A stretch of DNA of 64,000 nt. Source: Squalus acanthias. Its lineage: Eukaryota. Below the pieces are notes generated by a model. The model worked only from the letters and a program-made list of their open reading frames with translations, searched no databases and was not told the origin of the DNA. The translations under genes and the position numbers were made by a program. Positions within the stretch are counted from its first letter, which is position 1, and each line of letters starts with the position of its first letter. The stretch spans positions 175,152,001 through 175,216,000 of the forward strand of contig CM059425.1 of NCBI GenBank assembly GCA_030390025.1, written 5' to 3'. Shown here piece by piece: positions 47,200 to 59,600 of the stretch.

Positions 47200-48180
47200 C
47201 GTGGCTTTGTGGGACTTCAGTACTCCCGCCCATAAAGGCTGGAGGTGGCAGCAGAGCCAGGCCTAGTGCTGAAGTGTGCCTTTTCAGCTGCAGTCCTGAT
47301 GGAGGTGGAAGCTGAGAGCGTCAGCCCAAATGCATTTTTCCATTGCTCCTCTAGAAGTGAGTGACCAAAGTCCTCTTCGCAGGATTTACGTAGGCTTTTG
47401 GTGTCTTCTGATTACTTGGACATTATTGAATAGAAACAGGGGATGTGCCTGTGGGAGGGTTCTCTGTTGCAGACGGCTAGTTCTGATGGGGTTAGTTTGC
47501 ATTGCATGGTGAGGGAGGTAGAAAAAGTGGTGTTGGATTTGAGCATGACAGAAGAAATCGTGGAGGATGTGGAATTTGTTTGCCAGCTGATGGAATGGCA
47601 TGATTTGGCCGCCTTTAGAGCAGCTTGCCTATTTGTCATACATTTACCGGCCATACCTTGAAGCTAACTAATGGAAAGTCACATTTACAACATAGTAGGG
47701 ATAAGGCTGATCGGCTTTGTGGCACCTTCAAGGTGGTGCACGTTTTTATCCAAGCTGCAAGTGTTGGTGCTGCAATTGGATGTTTTTGGACTTGGGCTGT
47801 AATTTTTGCGGAGTCTGAGAAAGTGATGGGGAGCAGTGCTGTTGGTCAGATAGCGCATGCTGCCATTCTCAGCCAGATGTTTTGAGCCTTGTTCCATGCT
47901 TCAATCCTGTACAGTTGCTCTGTTCATTAGAAGTGTCAGAACTTTGGGAGACCCAGCTTCCATTTTGAGAAGTAGCTGTTGCAGGTGTGTATCCTTGTCA
48001 GCTGCCTTGCTCACAGAAATTGGAGGATGTGCCTGTTGAGGTAATGGAATTGCTGGGTTGGGATTTGGACGGTCAGCTCTGCAACAGGTAGAGAAGGTTT
48101 GCAAACGTGTTCATATTTATAGTCTTGGCTCTCTAGCAGTGAGATTGACAGGCTGTTGCATTTGCTTAGATCTGTGTATG
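47200..48180 (-). mobile_element. L1/Tx1-like LINE ORF2 C-terminal remnant
   Basis: Minus-strand HDFFCHAQIQHHF and LRKSCEEDFGHSLLEEQWKNAF...STSIR resemble fish L1 FF.YLQIRHF and WE.DLG....E.W motifs. Confidence 0.5.
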
Positions 48181-48199
48181 TGCTGGGAAAAAAGGAGAG

Positions 48200-48765
48200 T
48201 TATGGAATCGGCAAATTTCATAGCACAGTGGGAGGCCATTTGGTCTATGGCGGCTCTCTGAAAGTTAGTCCCATTCCCATATCCTTTTTTAAATTTTTCT
48301 CTTTTTAAGACATTTATCCACTTCCCTTTTCAAAGTATTATGGATTCTGCTTTGATTGCTGATTTTCGGAGGACATTCTATGCCCTAACAACCCTCTAAG
48401 AAACAAAATTCTGTTAACCTCGCCGTTATTGTTTTTGGTGACCTTAAATTTATGCCCTCTAGTCTCAGACTCACTGTCCAATGGAAATAGTTTTTCCCAA
48501 TTTTCTTATCAAAATTTCAAAATATTGGTAATACCTCTATTGGATCTCTTAACATTCTTTGTTCTAATGAAAAGCGTCGTCGTTTCTTCAATCTCTCCTC
48601 CTAACTAAAGCCTCTCATCCCTATGATCATCTTGGTGAATCTCTTCTGCACCATCACCATAGCCTTAATGTCCTTCCTAAAATAAGGCACCCAAAACTGG
48701 ACACAATATCCTAACTGCAGTTTAACCACTGATCCATAGATTTAACATTACCTCTTTGCCTTTTC
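48200..48765 (-). mobile_element. Old CR1 3' fragment
   Basis: GCACAGTGGGAGGCCATT tail motif; CCCAAAACTGGACACAATA (YCVQFW antisense). Confidence 0.75.
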
Positions 48766-48790
48766 TTGCAAAACATGGGGGGAGGGTATA

Positions 48791-51700
48791 TTTTATTCGT
48801 TCATGGGATGTGAGCGTTGCTGGCAAGCCCAGCATTTATTGCCCATCCCTAATTGCCCTTGAGAAGGTGGTGGTGAGCCGCCGCCTTGAACCGCTGCAGG
48901 GGTACGGTAGCATAGTGGTTATGTTACTGGACTAGTAATCCAGAGGCCTGGACTAATAATCTGGAGACGCGTGTCAAATCCCACCGCAGCAGTTGGGGGA
49001 TTTAAAATCAATTAATTAAATCTGGAATTAAAAAGCTAGTATCAGTAATGGTGACCATGAAACTACTGGATTGTCGTTAAAAACCCAACTGGATCACTAA
49101 TGTCTTGTAGGGAAGGAAATCTGCTGTCCTTACCCGGTCTGGCCCATATGTGATTCCAGACCCACAGCAATGTGGTTGACTCTTAACTGCCCTTTTGAAA
49201 TGGCCTAACAAGCCACTCAGTTGTACCAAACCGCAACAACAAAGTCACCTTCACCGCAAGGACTGCAGCGGTTCAAGAAGGCGGCTCACCGCCAACTTCT
49301 CAAGGGCAACTCGGGGTGGGCAATAAATGCAGGGCTTGCCAGCAACGCTCACATCCCATGTGGTGAAGGTACTCCCATAGTGCTGTTAGGGAGGGAATTC
49401 CAGGATTTTGATCCAGTGACGATGAAGGAACGGTGATATATTTCCAAGTCAGGATGGTGTGTGACTTGGAGGGGAACTTGAAGGTGATGGTCTTCCCATG
49501 CACCTGCTGCCCGTGACATTCTAGGTGGTAGAGGTCGCGGTATTGGGAGGTGCTGTCGAAGAAGCCTTGGCGAGTTGCTGCAGTGCATCTTGTAGATGGT
49601 GCACACTGCAGCCATGGTGTGCTGGTGGTGGAGGGAGTGAATGTTTAAAGTGGTGGATGGGGTGCCATTCAAGTGGGCTGCTTTGTCCTGGATGGTGTCG
49701 AGCTTCTTGAGTGTTGTTGGAGCTGCACTCATCCAGGCAAGTGGAGAGTATTCCATCACACTCCTGACTTGTGGAAAGGCTTTGGGGAGTCATGAGGTGA
49801 GTCAGTCGCCGCAGAATATCCAACCTCTGACCTGCTTTTGTGGCCACAGTATTTATGTGGCTGGTCCAGTTAGGTTTCTGGTCAATGGTGAGCCCCAGGA
49901 TGTTGGTGGTAGGGGTTGCGCATGGCACTGAACACTGCAATCATAGGTGAACATCCCCACTTCTGATCTTATGATGGAGGGAAGATCATTGATGAAGCAG
50001 CTGAAGATGGTTGGGCCGAGGACACTGCCTTAGGGAACTCCTGCAGTGATATCCTGTGGCTGAGATGATTTGCCTCCAACAACCACAATCATCTTCCTTT
50101 GTGCTAGGTATGACTCTAGCCAGTGGAGAGTTTTCCCCCTGATTTCTATTGACTTCAATTTTACTAGGGCTCCTTGATACCACACTCAGTCAAATGCTGC
50201 CTTTGATGTCAAGGGCAGTCAATCTCACCCCACCTCTGGAATTCAGCTCTTTTTTGTCCATTTTTGGACCAAGGCTGTAATGAGGTCTGGAGCAGAGTGG
50301 TCCTGGCGGAACCCAAACTGAGCATCGTTGAGCAGATTATTGATGAATAAGTGCCACTTGATAGCACTGTCGACGGCACCTTCCATCACTTTGCTGATGA
50401 TTGAGAGTAGATTGATGGGACGGTAATTGGCCGGATTGGAAATGTCCTGCTTTTTGTGGATGGGACATACCTGGACAGTTTTCCACATTGTTGGGTAGAT
50501 GCCAAGATGGATCTTCCACTCGGCACTTATGGCTGAAGATGGTTGCAAATGCTTTAGCCTTGTTTTTTGCACTTGTGTGCTGGCTCCACCATTATAGAGG
50601 ATGGGGATGTTCATGGAGCCGCCTCCTCCTGTTATAGTTTAATTTTCCACCACTATTCACGACTGGATGTGGCAGGACTGCAGAGCTTTGATCTGATCCT
50701 TGGTTGTGTGATTGCTTAGCTCTGTATATAACCTGCTGCTTCTGTGGCTTAGCAAGCATGTGGTCCAGTGTTGCAGCTTCCCCATGTTGGCACCTCATTT
50801 TTGGGTACACCTGGTGCTGCTCCTGGCATGCTTTTCTGCACTCCTCATTGAACCAGGATTGGTTGCCTGGCTTGATGGTAATGGTAGAGTGAGGGATATG
50901 CCAGGCCATGAGGTTACAGATTGTGGTGGAATACAATTCTGCTGCTGCTGATGGCCCACAGCACCTCATGGATGCTCAGTTTTGAGCTGCTAGACCTGTT
51001 CTGAATCTATCCCATTTAGCATGGTGGTAGTACCACACAACACGATGGAGGGTGTCCTCAGCGTGAAGACTGGACTTTGTCTCCACAAGGACTGTGCGGT
51101 GGTCACTGCTACCAATACTCTCATGGACGGATGCATCTGCGACAGATAGATTGGTGAGGACAAGTAGGTTTTTCCCTCATGTTGGTGTTCTCACCACCTG
51201 CCGCAAGCTCAGTCTGGCAGCTATGTCCTTCTGGACTTGGCTAGCTCGGTCAGTAGTGGTGCTACCAAGCCACTCTTGATGATGGACATTGAAGTCCCCC
51301 ACCCAGAGTACATTCTGTGCTTCTCTCAGTGCTTCTTCCAAGTGGTGTTCAACATGGAGGAGTACTGATTCATCAGCTGAGGGAGGGCGGTAGGTGGTAA
51401 TCAGCAGGCGGTTTCCTTGCCCATGCTTGACTTGAAGCCATGAGACTTCATGGGATCTGGAGTCAATGTTGAGGACTCCCAGGTCCACTCCCTCCCGACT
51501 GTATACCACTGTGCCGCCACATCTAGTGGGTCTGTCCTGCCTGTGGGACAGGGTGTATCCAAGGATGGTGATGAAGGAGTCTGGGACATTGGCTGAAAGG
51601 AATGATTCTGTGAGTATGACTATGTCTGGCTGGTGCTTGACTAGTCTGTGGGTCAGCTCTCCCAATTTTGGCACAAGTCCCCAGATGTTAATGAGGAGGA

Positions 51701-52033
51701 TTTTGCAGGGTCGACTGGGCTAGGTATGCCATTGTGTCCGAAGCCGGTAGCTAGGTTGTGCTGGGTGGTCCGTCCAGTTTTTTTATTGTTTTTCGTAGCG
51801 GTGTGGCACAACTGATTGACTTGCTAGGCCATTTCAGAGGGCAGTTAAGTGTCAACCGCATTGTTTCCTTTCCTAAAGGACATTAGTGAGCCAGATGGGT
51901 TTTTACAATAATCCAGTAGTTTCATTTAATTAACTGAATTTAAATTCCCCAGCTGATATGGGATTTGAACTCACGTCTCTGGATCATTACTCCAGGCCTC
52001 TGGATTACTAGTCCAGTAACATAACCACGTACC
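48791..52033 (-). mobile_element. End-to-end family B CR1-group LINE: tRNA-like head, single APE-RT ORF (decayed, with internal deletions), 3' tail
   Basis: Head 51960-52033 with CTGGA-CTAGTAA-TCCAG arm and GAGTTCAAATCC B box; NIWGLVPKLGEL, ILTESFL, YRPP, GDFNVH, NYRPI, QFGFR, VPQG-like region, MEYSPLAW; candidate TSD ATATT at 48788-48792 and 52034-52038. Confidence 0.88.
48900..49360 (+). mobile_element. tRNA-headed short element (family B internal-deletion derivative), antisense within the LINE 3' end
   Basis: GGGTACGGTAGCATAGTGG A box, CTGGACTAGTAATCCAG arm, decayed B box; 5' UTR to ~49244 fused to the LINE 3' tail. Confidence 0.82.
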
Positions 52034-52099
52034 ATATTGCATTTGAGATATAGGTTCTTGGGATGCTTGTAGGTTTGCCAGCAACTTATTCCAAAGGTC

Positions 52100-52660
52100 T
52101 ATGGTCCTCTGTTAAAAGGAAATCCTCCTAACACCTAACCTATTTCTGCGCTTAAGTAATTTATACGCATATCTCCTCGTTCTCCTTAACTTATCTAATT
52201 TAAGTACTCTGTCCACACAAACAAAGTCAAGTCCCTTCAATCAAATCACCCCTAAGTTTAATAATTTCTAGAATAAAAAGACCCGGCTCTCTGAGGGTTT
52301 TAAAACTAGTTATTAATCTAGTGGCCCACCTCTGAACCTTTTCCAGGGCCTCTATATTTCCCACCATGTGAGGGGACAAGAACTGGACCCAATTCTAGAT
52401 GGGGCCTAAGTAAGGCCTTGTACAAGGATAATATGGTGCTTTTTGTTTTATATTGGATTGTCCTAGCTATACATCCTAGTACACTGTTTGCTTTCGCTTT
52501 AGCCTCTCGACACTGGTTATGTCCCTTTTAGAGACTCCTGTATTATAACGCCTAGGTCTCGTTCTCACTCAACATACTTTAATTCAGAACCCAACACGGG
52601 GTACACATGCTCGGCAGTCGTCTTACCCATGTGAATAACACTACATTTGACACCACATTT
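52100..52660 (-). mobile_element. Divergent CR1-like ORF2 C-terminal remnant
   Basis: AAGAACTGGACCCAATTCTAGATGGGGCCTAAGTAAGGCCTTGTACAA = LYKALLRPHLELGPVL antisense; LEKVQR codons. Confidence 0.6.
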
Positions 52661-53119
52661 TTATTTGTAAGAGAGAGAGGGGGCAGAGTTGATGGTTACT
52701 GTTGCAGGCTGGAAGTAGGAACAGCCTACAGCAATTTTCATGACTTTGCGTGGTTTCTGCTTTTATGTGTTTTCCCAACTGGTTGAGGGCCAAGGTTTGT
52801 GGGGGGTTGACATCGAAATGCAGTGTGGAGTCTGCTGGTGCTCCTGTTGGTAGGTTCACAGGTGGCTAAGAACATGTTGCTTGATGATCTTGGTAACAGT
52901 GTTTCAAACAAAATGGTCAAATTAGCTCTAGTCCTCAATGCTGAGGCTGATGAGGGGTTTCACTTAATGCCGAACAGCTGTAGTTACAGCTCCTGGGTCT
53001 GAGCTGAGGTGTGCCGTTTAGGTCTGGGATTCATTTCTCACAGTGGTGGAGGGGGATGCTGTTTTTTGGGTTCTATTTCAGGCCTGAAATTCTTACTTTT
53101 TAGTGCCATTACGTAGTAT

Positions 53120-54990
53120 TTAAAGCACAAACAGGTCATTCAGCTCAACAAGTCCATGCTGGTGTTTATGCTCCACATGAGCCTCCTCCCAGCCTCCTTC
53201 ATCTAACCCCATCAACAATTTTTTCTATTCCTTTCTCCCTCAAGTGTTTATCTCGCTTTCCCTTAAATGCATCTATGCTAGTCGCCACAGCTATTCCTTG
53301 TGGTAGTGAGTTCCACATTCTAACCACTCTCTGGATAAAGAAGTTTCTCCTGAATTCCCTATTGGATTTATTAGTGACTATTTTCTATTTATCGCCCCTA
53401 GTTCTGGTCTCCCTCGCAAATGGAAACATCTTCTCTACATCTACCCTATCATAATCTTTCTTGATCTTAAAGATCTCTATTAGGTCACCCCTCAGTCTTC
53501 TCTTTTCTAAAAAGAGCCCAACCTGTTCAATCTTTCCTGTTTGGTTATAACCTCTCAGTTCTGGTACCATTCTAGTAAATCCTTGTTGCACCTTCTCCAG
53601 TGCCTCTATATCCTTTTTATAATATGGAGACCAGAGCTGTTCACAGTACTCTTGTGTGGTCTAATCCACGTTCTATACAAGTTTAATATAACTTCTCTGC
53701 TTTTCTGTCCCTCTGGAAATGAACCCCAGTGCTTTGTTTACTTTTTTTATGGCCTTCTTAACCTGTGTCGGTACTTTTAGTGATTTGTGTATCTCTACCC
53801 CCAAATCCCTCTGCTCCTCTCCCCAGTTGACACTTATTTTCCAAGGAGTATGTGGCCTCCTTATTCTTCCTACCAAAATGTACTGCCTCACACTTACCTA
53901 TATTGAAGTTAATTTGCCAATTAAATGCTCATTCTGCAATTTTATTGTCTTCATGTATTTTGTCACAGTTGTCCTCTATTAACTGCACCCCCAATTTGGT
54001 GTCATCCGCAACATTTTGAAATTGTACTTCTGATTCCCGAATCCAAATCTTTTATGTAAATAGAGAACAACAGTGATCCCAGCACCGATCCTTGTGGAAC
54101 ACCACTTCCCACCTTTTGCCAGTCTGAGTAACTACCTTTTAACCCCTACTCTCTTTTCTGTTTTGTAGCCAGCTTGCAATTCACTCTGCTACTTGTCCCC
54201 TGACTTCACATGTTCTAACCTTAGTCATGAATCTACTATGTGGTACCTTTATTGAAGGTTTTTTCAAAATCCAAATATATTGCGTCTACTGCATTACCCT
54301 TGCCTACCCTATCTGTTACTACTTCAAATAATTCAGTAAGGTTGGTCAAGCATGACCTTTCCGTTTGAAATCCATGCTGACTACTCTTTATTATATTTTC
54401 AGTTTAGATGTTTTTCTATTAGATCTTTGAGTAAGGGTTCCATTATCTTTCCTACCACTGACGGTAAGCTAATTGGTCTATAGTTCCCTGGACTTGTTCT
54501 ATCTCCCTTTTTAAATATAAGAATTGCATTAATTGTCCGCCAGTCCTCTGGCATTATTACCTTTTTCTAATGAATTTTTATCTATATCTATCTTCCCAAA
54601 CTTTTTAATATACGCGGATGCAATCCATCGGGACCAGGGGTTTTATTCACTCCAAGTTTGATTAGTTTGTCAATTATCTCCCCTCGTTGTATCTTAAATG
54701 TCTTTATATCTTTTTTGATCTCTTATATTGTCATGCCCAGTATGTTCGTCTCCCAGGTAAATACTGAGGCAAAGTAATTAATATTTCTGCTATTTCGCTG
54801 TCATTACCTGTGAATTTATCATGTATATTCTTTCATGGTCCTATCCCTATCCTGATTTTTTTTTCTTTTGTTTGTGTCTGTAGAATACTTTACCATTTCT
54901 TTTTATATCCCTTGATAATTTAATTTCGTAGTTTCTCTTTGCCTTCCTAATTGTTTTTGTGACTTCTTTCCTAACCTTTTCGTATTCCCA
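53120..54990 (-). mobile_element. Decayed CR1 LINE
   Basis: RRLRGDLIEIFKI, QRDLGVEIH, antisense FADD, QHGF and PGPDGLHP segments. Confidence 0.85.
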
Positions 54991-55825
54991 TCCAGTCATG
55001 GGATTGACTTAATATACCTGGCAGATTGTCTGGTTACTTCCTGGTGTATACCAGATTGGATTTTTAATGGGCTTCTGGACAGAGCTCCTTGTTCTCACTG
55101 CTTCTCAGAATATGATATCAAAATAAGTTCACCCAATACTCTTTTGTTCCCCATGGTTAGTTTTTTGTATGACTCTCAGGCCTCAGTATTACTTGTTTCA
55201 TTGTGCATCTTTTAAAAATGTTTGTTTTGACTTTGGGTTAGTTGTGTTCTCTTCAGTTATTGTACCCCTAAAAGAAAAATATCATTCCTTTATTGGAAGC
55301 AAGTTTCTCAAACCTTTGGACCAAACTAAATTTTTTTTAAATTGTAAAAGACTTGGCTTAAACAATTTTGCTATTGACAACTGCAACTTTGATAATTATG
55401 TGATCAGTCATTGAAACAAATTAAATATTTGAGTGCCTTAAGTTTAAAATTAAGCATTCTAATAAAATACTTGTGTAATTGGATCTTGACTCTGAGCTTG
55501 CTCCCAAACCTAACAAGCTAGTGAAATAATTCACCTTTTCTGTGCATTTACATTATTCAGAATCATTGTTGCATCTTTTGTGCATGTGCAATGTTTGAGC
55601 AGAAGTTATTACTTGTATTTGTTATTCCAAAGCAAACAAAAGAAAAAAATCTCTAATGTAAAACGTTGCTATAGTTTAGGAAGAAAACAATTGGTAGCTT
55701 GTTAAATATTTTGTTAATACAATGCTTTAATTTTGTTAAGTGCAACATTGATAAGGGATACAGTTCCCATAAATGTACAATGATGTGATCATTGTGGTGA
55801 TCTTTCTTTGTTCATGTCTCTTCAG

Positions 55826-56073
55826 GAATGACTTACTTATGGTGTGTCGGCAACTGAACATGGAGGAATCAGTGGCAGAGATTATGCATCAGTTGGGAGC
55901 AGATGAGAATGGGAAGATATCCTTTGAGGATTTTGCACGCTGCCGTATGCAGTTGGTATCTGAAATAAGAAAAGAAGAAGGTGAACTTTCAGTAAAGTCA
56001 GATGAATCTTGCAAAAAAAGAAAATTACGGGATCGAATAGCTTCATGGCCAACCAGCAGTGATAACAGTCTTG
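55826..56073 (+). CDS. MCC: MCC coding exon 2 (EF-hand region)
   Basis: Acceptor TGTCTCTTCAG|G; NDLLMVCRQLNMEESVAEIMHQLGADENGKISFEDFARCRMQLV...RDRIASWPTSSDNSL; donor G|GTATGT; phases 2/1. Confidence 0.96.
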
Positions 56074-56689
56074 GTATGTAGGTGGCATAAAGGAAAAAGA
56101 TGTATTTTTACTGTTGTGCAATCTCCAACTCTCTGTGGTACAACATGAAAAGATTTCACAGTAGTTGTAATTGCTGTTTTATTAGTATGCCTTGGGATAC
56201 GCCGTAATGTACTTGAACAGTTTCATAGTTGAATGTGGTGGATGTAACTTACGATAATGCTCCACTTAAAACTATCACTCCAAACCTGTATTGAGTATAC
56301 AACAATCATTAGTTCTTCAATGGGGGGTGCCATTAAACATCATTATAACTGCTTGCAGTGTTTAGGTTGGCTATGTTGGTCGTGATATTCATCAGTGACA
56401 AAAAAAAGCCTATATATGGAATAAGACAGCTCTTGTAACTTCAATGTGTGTTCTTAAAAAAAAAAACTGATTACAATTGGCTAACTGCCATGGTTTATGT
56501 CTTGATCTGAATCTCCTTCATAAAATGAGTACTGTGATTTCCAGTTTTAATAGAATGTTTTTGGGTTCCCATAGTGGATTTTGTCCCCCTGTTCTTGCAG
56601 AAATGTATACTTGAGGGACTAACAATTGCCCACTTGCTTACTGGATTAAACATAAGCCTGGAATTTGTGGTCAGCATGACTGCAAACTG

Positions 56690-59600
56690 GCAGGTTATCA
56701 AGGGGTATAGAACAAGGGTGGGTAGATGGTGTTGAGGTACAGATCAACCATTATCTAACTGAATGGTGGAACAGGCTCGAGGGACTGAATGGTGTACTCT
56801 GGTTCTATGTCATCTGGCCCATCTTTGTTTATCCTATATTTTCCCTATTGCATAATCTAATTGTTTCATAAATGATTCCAGTGTTTTCACCTTCACTGCT
56901 TTATTTAGAAGTCAATTCCATATATTGAACACTTTGTGTGAAGGACTGATTCATGATCTCAAATTTATCTTTTACTATTTTAAACCTGTGATCCCTTGCC
57001 CTGCTTAATTTAATTGAAATTAATATTCTGGATTTACCTTTTCCATACCTGTAACTTTCTTCTATAGATCTGAAGATCACCTCTGAGGCGCTTCCTTTCG
57101 AGGCTGAAAAGCCCAAGTTTTGTCCAGTCTTTCCTCCTTTGACACTTGCGATTAGCCTTGTGGTTCTTTTCTGCACTGCTTCCAATCCTTGAATGTCTCC
57201 CTTGTGTCTTGGTGACCAGAACCAGGCACAGTAGTCAAGGTGTAGTCTGACCAGAGCACTGCACAGTTTGATCATTGCATTCTCTGATATATGTATTTTA
57301 CTGCTTTGGCTATGTAGTTCAACATTCTGTTGGTTTTGTTGATTGCTGCTCCACGTTAGTTGGACGTGTTGAGAGTTTAGTCTACTAAGATGCCGGAGTT
57401 TCTTTCAACTCCATTCTACATAGAAACATATAGAAGTTACAACATGGAAAGAAGCCATTCAGCTGTATCAGTCTGTGTTGGCGTTTACTCTCCATGCCAG
57501 CAAATAGTCCAAATCAAATTTACTCACCCTGTTCCCATATCCTTTTATCCCCTTTTCCTTCAACTAGCTATCAAATCTAATCTTGAGTATTGACATAGTT
57601 TCTGTTTCAACCACGATCACTGGAAGTGAATTCCATAGCCCCTCAACTCTAAAGAAGTTTCTGCTGTCCTCTGTTCTAAATCTCTTGTATGTAACCTTGT
57701 ATTTGTGACTCCTCATTTCTAGACCCCTCAACTACTGGAAACAGTCTGCTTCTATCTACCCTGTCTATCCTTTCATAATTTTAAATGCTTTCATCATATT
57801 GCCCCATAATCTGCATTCTAATGAAAAAAAGCCCCAATTTTGAAAGTCTGTCTTCATATTTGTCTTTCTTCTTCCCAGGCACATCCAAGTGAATCTGCGT
57901 TGTATCCTCTCTAAAGCCTCAATATCTTTCCTATAGTATGGAGTCCAATACTGCATACAGTGTTGTAACTGAGGTTTTATTAAAGTTTACTGCAGGCTCA
58001 TCGTTACCACTTGGCTGTTGTATCCTAGTGTCAGCTGTGACTCAGTGGTAGCACTCTTGTCTTTAAGTCAGAAGGTTGTGTCCCACTCCAGAGACTTGAG
58101 CACAAAATCTAGGCTAGAATTTTTTTTTGTTGATATTTGGAACGTAGGCCATTTAGCCCCTTGAACCTGTTCCGCCATTCAGTGTGATCATGGCTGATCT
58201 GCGACCTAACTCCATATACCCGCCTTTGCCCCATATCACTTAATACCTTTGGTTAACAAAAATCTATCAATATCAGATTTAAAATTAACAATTGATCTCG
58301 CATCAATTGCCATTTGCAGAAGAGAGTTCCAAACTTCTATCACCCTTTTGTGTGTAGAATTGTTTCCTAATTTCACTCCTGAAAAGTCTGGCTCTAATTT
58401 TTAGACTGTGCCCCCTAGTCCTAGACTCCCCAACCAGCGGAAATAGTTTCTCTCTATCTACCCTATCTGTTCCCCTTAATATCTTGAAAATTTCAACCAA
58501 GTCACCCCTTAACCTTCTAAATTCCAGAGCATACAACCCTAGTTTGTGTAATCTCTCCTTGTAATTTAACCCTTGAAGTCCAGGAATCAATCTGGTAAAG
58601 CTGCACTCCTGTAAATCTTCTATACCTTGTGATAGAACATTAAAGGCAGCACCTCAGGTTTTGTGAATTTGTTCTCTCAAATTCCTCTGCTCCGCCACAG
58701 CACTGAGCTTGCTTCCATTCAGAGCACAGCTACAGCTGTTGTGTTTTTATTTACCAAATGTATCGTTTCACGCTTACTGACATTGAATTCTATCTGCCAC
58801 TTTTTAGCCATTCCACATTTCTTCAATATCCCTTTGCAGTTTCCTTTGGACGTCTAATGAATTAACTATACCTCCTATTTTGGTATAATCCATAAATTTC
58901 GAAAACACTCCCTCTATACCTATATCCAAATCATTGTACACAGTGGACAGAATTGGATTGAGAACTGGACCCTATGGAATACCACTACCCACTTTCAGCA
59001 ACTCTGGAAAAACTGCCCTTAACTTCTTCTATGTTTTTGACTTTCAAACCAATTTTTAATCTAGTTTGTTAGGCTAACTCTACACTGCCTAATCTTCTCT
59101 AGTAATCTCCCATGTGCTACCTTGTCAAAGGCCTTCCTGAAGTCCATGTACACTACATCCACTGCATTTTCCCTCCTCAAATGAGGTTTGTCAAGCATGA
59201 TCATCCACTTTGAAATCTGCACTGGCAAATTGTATTTTCTCTTTATCTAGATAATTTCATCCTTAAATAAAGACTAAAATTTTCCCTATCACGGTTAACT
59301 GGATATGCTCTGTCTTCCTTTTAAAAATGGGTACTACATAGATCACTCTCCTGTCCTCCAGCCCACATCTACATTGAATAGAGCTCTGAAATATAATTTC
59401 TAGGGCCTCTGCAATTTCTTCCCTCATCTCTCTCAGGATCCTAGAATGCATGCTGTCGAGCTCTAGGACTTGTGATAAAAGTCAATGTTCTATTAGCCTT
59501 TTTGATTGCTTTTTTCTATCTGTCCACAAGCTTTGTGATTTGTGTACATGGATTCCCAAATTGCTTTGCTCTTCCACAGTTCCTAGTTTCTCACCATTTA

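Noticed and set aside
47330..48261. Nested protein-coding gene (such as a TSSK-type retrogene) in the MCC intron
   Set aside because: No kinase motifs; the short ORFs fit a decayed L1/Tx1-like ORF2 better.
48900..48990. Functional tRNA-Thr gene
   Set aside because: No closing acceptor stem, an oversized variable region and a decayed T arm; it is the head of a repeated retroelement.
55773..56081. ORF-track proteins 55773-56081 and 61263-61625 as stand-alone genes
   Set aside because: They are MCC exons 2 and 3 extended into intron sequence; splice sites define the real limits.
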